From Thermoanaerobaculia bacterium (lineage in GTDB: Bacteria > Acidobacteriota > Thermoanaerobaculia > UBA5066), in NCBI GenBank assembly GCA_963816185.1, contig CAWFJJ010000006.1, positions 23,588 through 87,587 on the forward strand: 64,000 nt of DNA, in the 5' to 3' direction. Below the pieces are notes generated by a model. That model ran no database searches. It saw only the letters and a program-made list of their open reading frames with translations, and was not told the origin of the DNA. Shown piece after piece: positions 61,949 through 64,000 of the stretch; position 1 is the first letter of the stretch; every line of letters begins with the position of its first letter. Made by a program: the position numbers and the translations under genes.

Positions 61949-62371
61949 CTACAACTCATCGCACCGTTCGCATAGGTACCGACCGTCCGGTAGCAGCGTG
62001 TGACCGTCGATCGCGAGCCGAATGCGTTGACCGCAGGTTGAGCATAGTGTCGGCTTGAACGACGGCGGGTTCTCCAGTTTTTCGAAGTTCCACTGGTTTG
62101 TCCCGTACCAGACGAAGATCTCGGTTTCAAACTCCTGGCGACATTTCCGGCAGGTCTGCCATGGGCCGGCATGTCCCTCGCTCGAGTGAAACGCGCACAG
62201 AGTGAACCGGTCGTGTCGGGTCCGGCAGCCCCCGCGGGAATACGCTCGTTCGTCGTCGCAGATCAGGTTGTTGCAGCACTCCGTTCGGGCGAGCGGACCG
62301 GGCCTGCCGCAGAGGCCGCAAACGCCGCCCGCTGGGGGGCGGCGCGTACGTCTGGGTGTCCTCGTCGCCAT
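61949..62371 (-). CDS. Cys/His-rich hypothetical protein (IS passenger)
   Basis: CGLC, TECC..IC, C..H...LC..H, CRKC, CSTC, CERC. Confidence 0.7.
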   Translation of the reverse strand: MATRTPRRTRRPPAGGVCGLCGRPGPLARTECCNNLICDDERAYSRGGCRTRHDRFTLCAFHSSEGHAGPWQTCRKCRQEFETEIFVWYGTNQWNFEKLENPPSFKPTLCSTCGQRIRLAIDGHTLLPDGRYLCERCDEL

Positions 62372-62526
62372 GGGAAGGGAATCATAATGGGATCTTCACG
62401 TCAGCACTCGGGCGTCGTCGCTCGCATGCTGCCGTTTCGCTTCGACGACTTCGACGCGGAGCTGCTGCTGCTCGTGCTGTTTCATCCCGCTCCCTAGACG
62501 GGCATTCTGGCCGGAGGGAGCCCTTC

Positions 62527-63810
62527 ATGCGCTCAATCCGGCCGCCGCGAAGTGACAGTCCTGACTGTGTTGCCCCAGGCTGTTCGCCCGACCTGCCGGC
62601 GCTTCCCGCCCTCCTGCGCGCCTCGCACCTCTTCGGCCTTGCCCTCGCCTCGGCGCTTGGGAAGCTGCGGGAATCGGGGGCGACTGCGGCGCGACTGTTC
62701 GAAAGGGCCGAAGAGAGTGCCCTGCTCCTCAGAATGACGCGTGAGGCGGCCGCGATCCTCGGGGCGCGCTGGGACAAGGTGCCTGAACGCCATCGTCCGC
62801 ACTACGTACCCGAACAGCGCTTCCGGATCCTGCGCATCAGGAGCTTTCTCGGCCTGTCGCAACGCGAGACCGCTGAGATGTTCCGGGTGGCGACAGACAC
62901 GATCACTAGGTGGGAGATGGAGACGACCAGCGCCGACGGAGAAGCCCCACGCCCTGCCCCGCGTCCACTCGTTGCACCGAATCCTCCCGTCCGGCGCTTC
63001 GCAGACGTGGTCAGAGCCGTCGTGAAGACGATGGAGTTGGCCGGGTTCGGCGGAAACGATCTGATCGCACGGACGCTGGCGCGAGCAGGCTGGAAGCTGT
63101 CGGTACGGACGGTGGGGCGGATCCTCAAGGGGCGCTGGCCAGCCCCCCGTCCGCCGGAAGCGGCCTCGACGGTGCCTCGAGCGGTGAGGGCAAAGCGCCC
63201 GAATCACATCTGGATGGTGGATCTGACGGACGTTAAGGGTCTGTTCGGTCTCGTGACTTTCAAGGTCGAGGTCGTCTTCGATGCGTTCTCGAGGATGGCG
63301 CTCTCGGTCACGGTATTTTGCAAGGAGGCCTCCGCGCTTGAGATCTCACGATTCGTTTCGAGGACCGCACGACGTCATGGGTGGCCAGCGCACTTCGTCT
63401 CGGATCGGGCCCGCTGCTTCAGGGGCCAGGTCTTTCGGAGCGCGCTCCGAAGGGTTCTGGTGAAGCAGAGGTTCGGGGCGATCGGAAAGAAGGGCTCGAT
63501 CGCCTTGATCGAGAGACTCTGGAGGACGCTGAAGGACGCTCTCGGCCTGCGCATGCTGCGGCCCTCCGCAGCGGAAGATCTCGCCGCGACAGTCGAGCTC
63601 GGCCTCCTCCACTACGCGTACTTCCGCCCGCATCAGGGTCTCGGTGGTGCAACCCCGACAGAGATGTATTTCGCCAGAACTCCGGCGCATCTCTCCGCGA
63701 TTTCTCCCCCGCGCGGCAGGCCGGGCGAAGGCCCGATGGACCCGCCGTTTCGCATCGACCACCTCGACGCGGAACGGTTGTTGCCCCTCCTGATTCGAAA
63801 AGCAGCCTGA
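62527..63810 (+). CDS. DDE transposase/integrase (HTH + rve core)
   Basis: HTH (ETAEMFRV..TITRW); PNHIWMVD, FDAFSR, VSD, IERLWRTLK, RPHQGLGG.TP. Confidence 0.9.
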   Translation: MRSIRPPRSDSPDCVAPGCSPDLPALPALLRASHLFGLALASALGKLRESGATAARLFERAEESALLLRMTREAAAILGARWDKVPERHRPHYVPEQRFRILRIRSFLGLSQRETAEMFRVATDTITRWEMETTSADGEAPRPAPRPLVAPNPPVRRFADVVRAVVKTMELAGFGGNDLIARTLARAGWKLSVRTVGRILKGRWPAPRPPEAASTVPRAVRAKRPNHIWMVDLTDVKGLFGLVTFKVEVVFDAFSRMALSVTVFCKEASALEISRFVSRTARRHGWPAHFVSDRARCFRGQVFRSALRRVLVKQRFGAIGKKGSIALIERLWRTLKDALGLRMLRPSAAEDLAATVELGLLHYAYFRPHQGLGGATPTEMYFARTPAHLSAISPPRGRPGEGPMDPPFRIDHLDAERLLPLLIRKAA

Positions 63811-64000
63811 CGGAGCGGCCACGAAGATCAGCGAGGGGCGCTTGAGTGGGCCGACGTGCGCGTCTCGAGCGGAAGCGAAAAAGCGAAACGCTGGACCCTG
63901 CGCGCCAGCGCGTGCCGCAATTCCCATTGCGCCCCTACACCGTCACGAAGCTCGCCTTCTACCTGGCCGCGCCGGTCGTCGCCGCGGCCGGCGCCGTCGT

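Larger units (their letters stand above)
61840..63939 (+). mobile_element. Insertion sequence (rve DDE, IS481/IS3-like) with passenger gene
   Basis: Perfect 23-bp inverted repeats TGTAGGGGCGCAATGGGAATTGC (61840-61862 and 63917-63939); no target duplication seen. Confidence 0.85.

Noticed and set aside
1-64000. tRNA, rRNA, prophage or known anti-phage operon
   Set aside because: No such sequence recognised; only a single tube gene is phage-related

Overview
GC-rich bacterial window, Acidobacteriota/Thermoanaerobaculia-like by gene content (inference). It is a patchwork accessory region rather than a set of operons. It holds five Hanks-type Ser/Thr kinase genes (three with TolB/PD40 propellers, one TPR, one AAA/STAND), several secreted peptidases (M1, S9, S8, M61, PG-binding HExxH), a PAS-GAF-GGDEF-EAL protein, a frameshifted lipoxygenase, an orphan gp19-like tail tube gene, and many truncated gene relics (nrfA, two ECF sigma factors, Vgb-like, MDR). 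A DDE insertion sequence with 23-bp TGTAGGGG... terminal repeats lies at the right end, with a MITE-like derivative and extra stacked ends elsewhere. Best leads: (1) an unannotated 46-aa double-glycine-leader peptide gene beside a JmjC oxygenase and a kinase (candidate RiPP or peptide signal); (2) a duplicated ~165-bp promoter + c-di-GMP-II-like riboswitch + terminator module upstream of two unrelated genes; (3) stacked IS ends, a dispersed recombination-site-like motif and an attC site at gene junctions. All calls come from motif recognition by eye; no searches were run.
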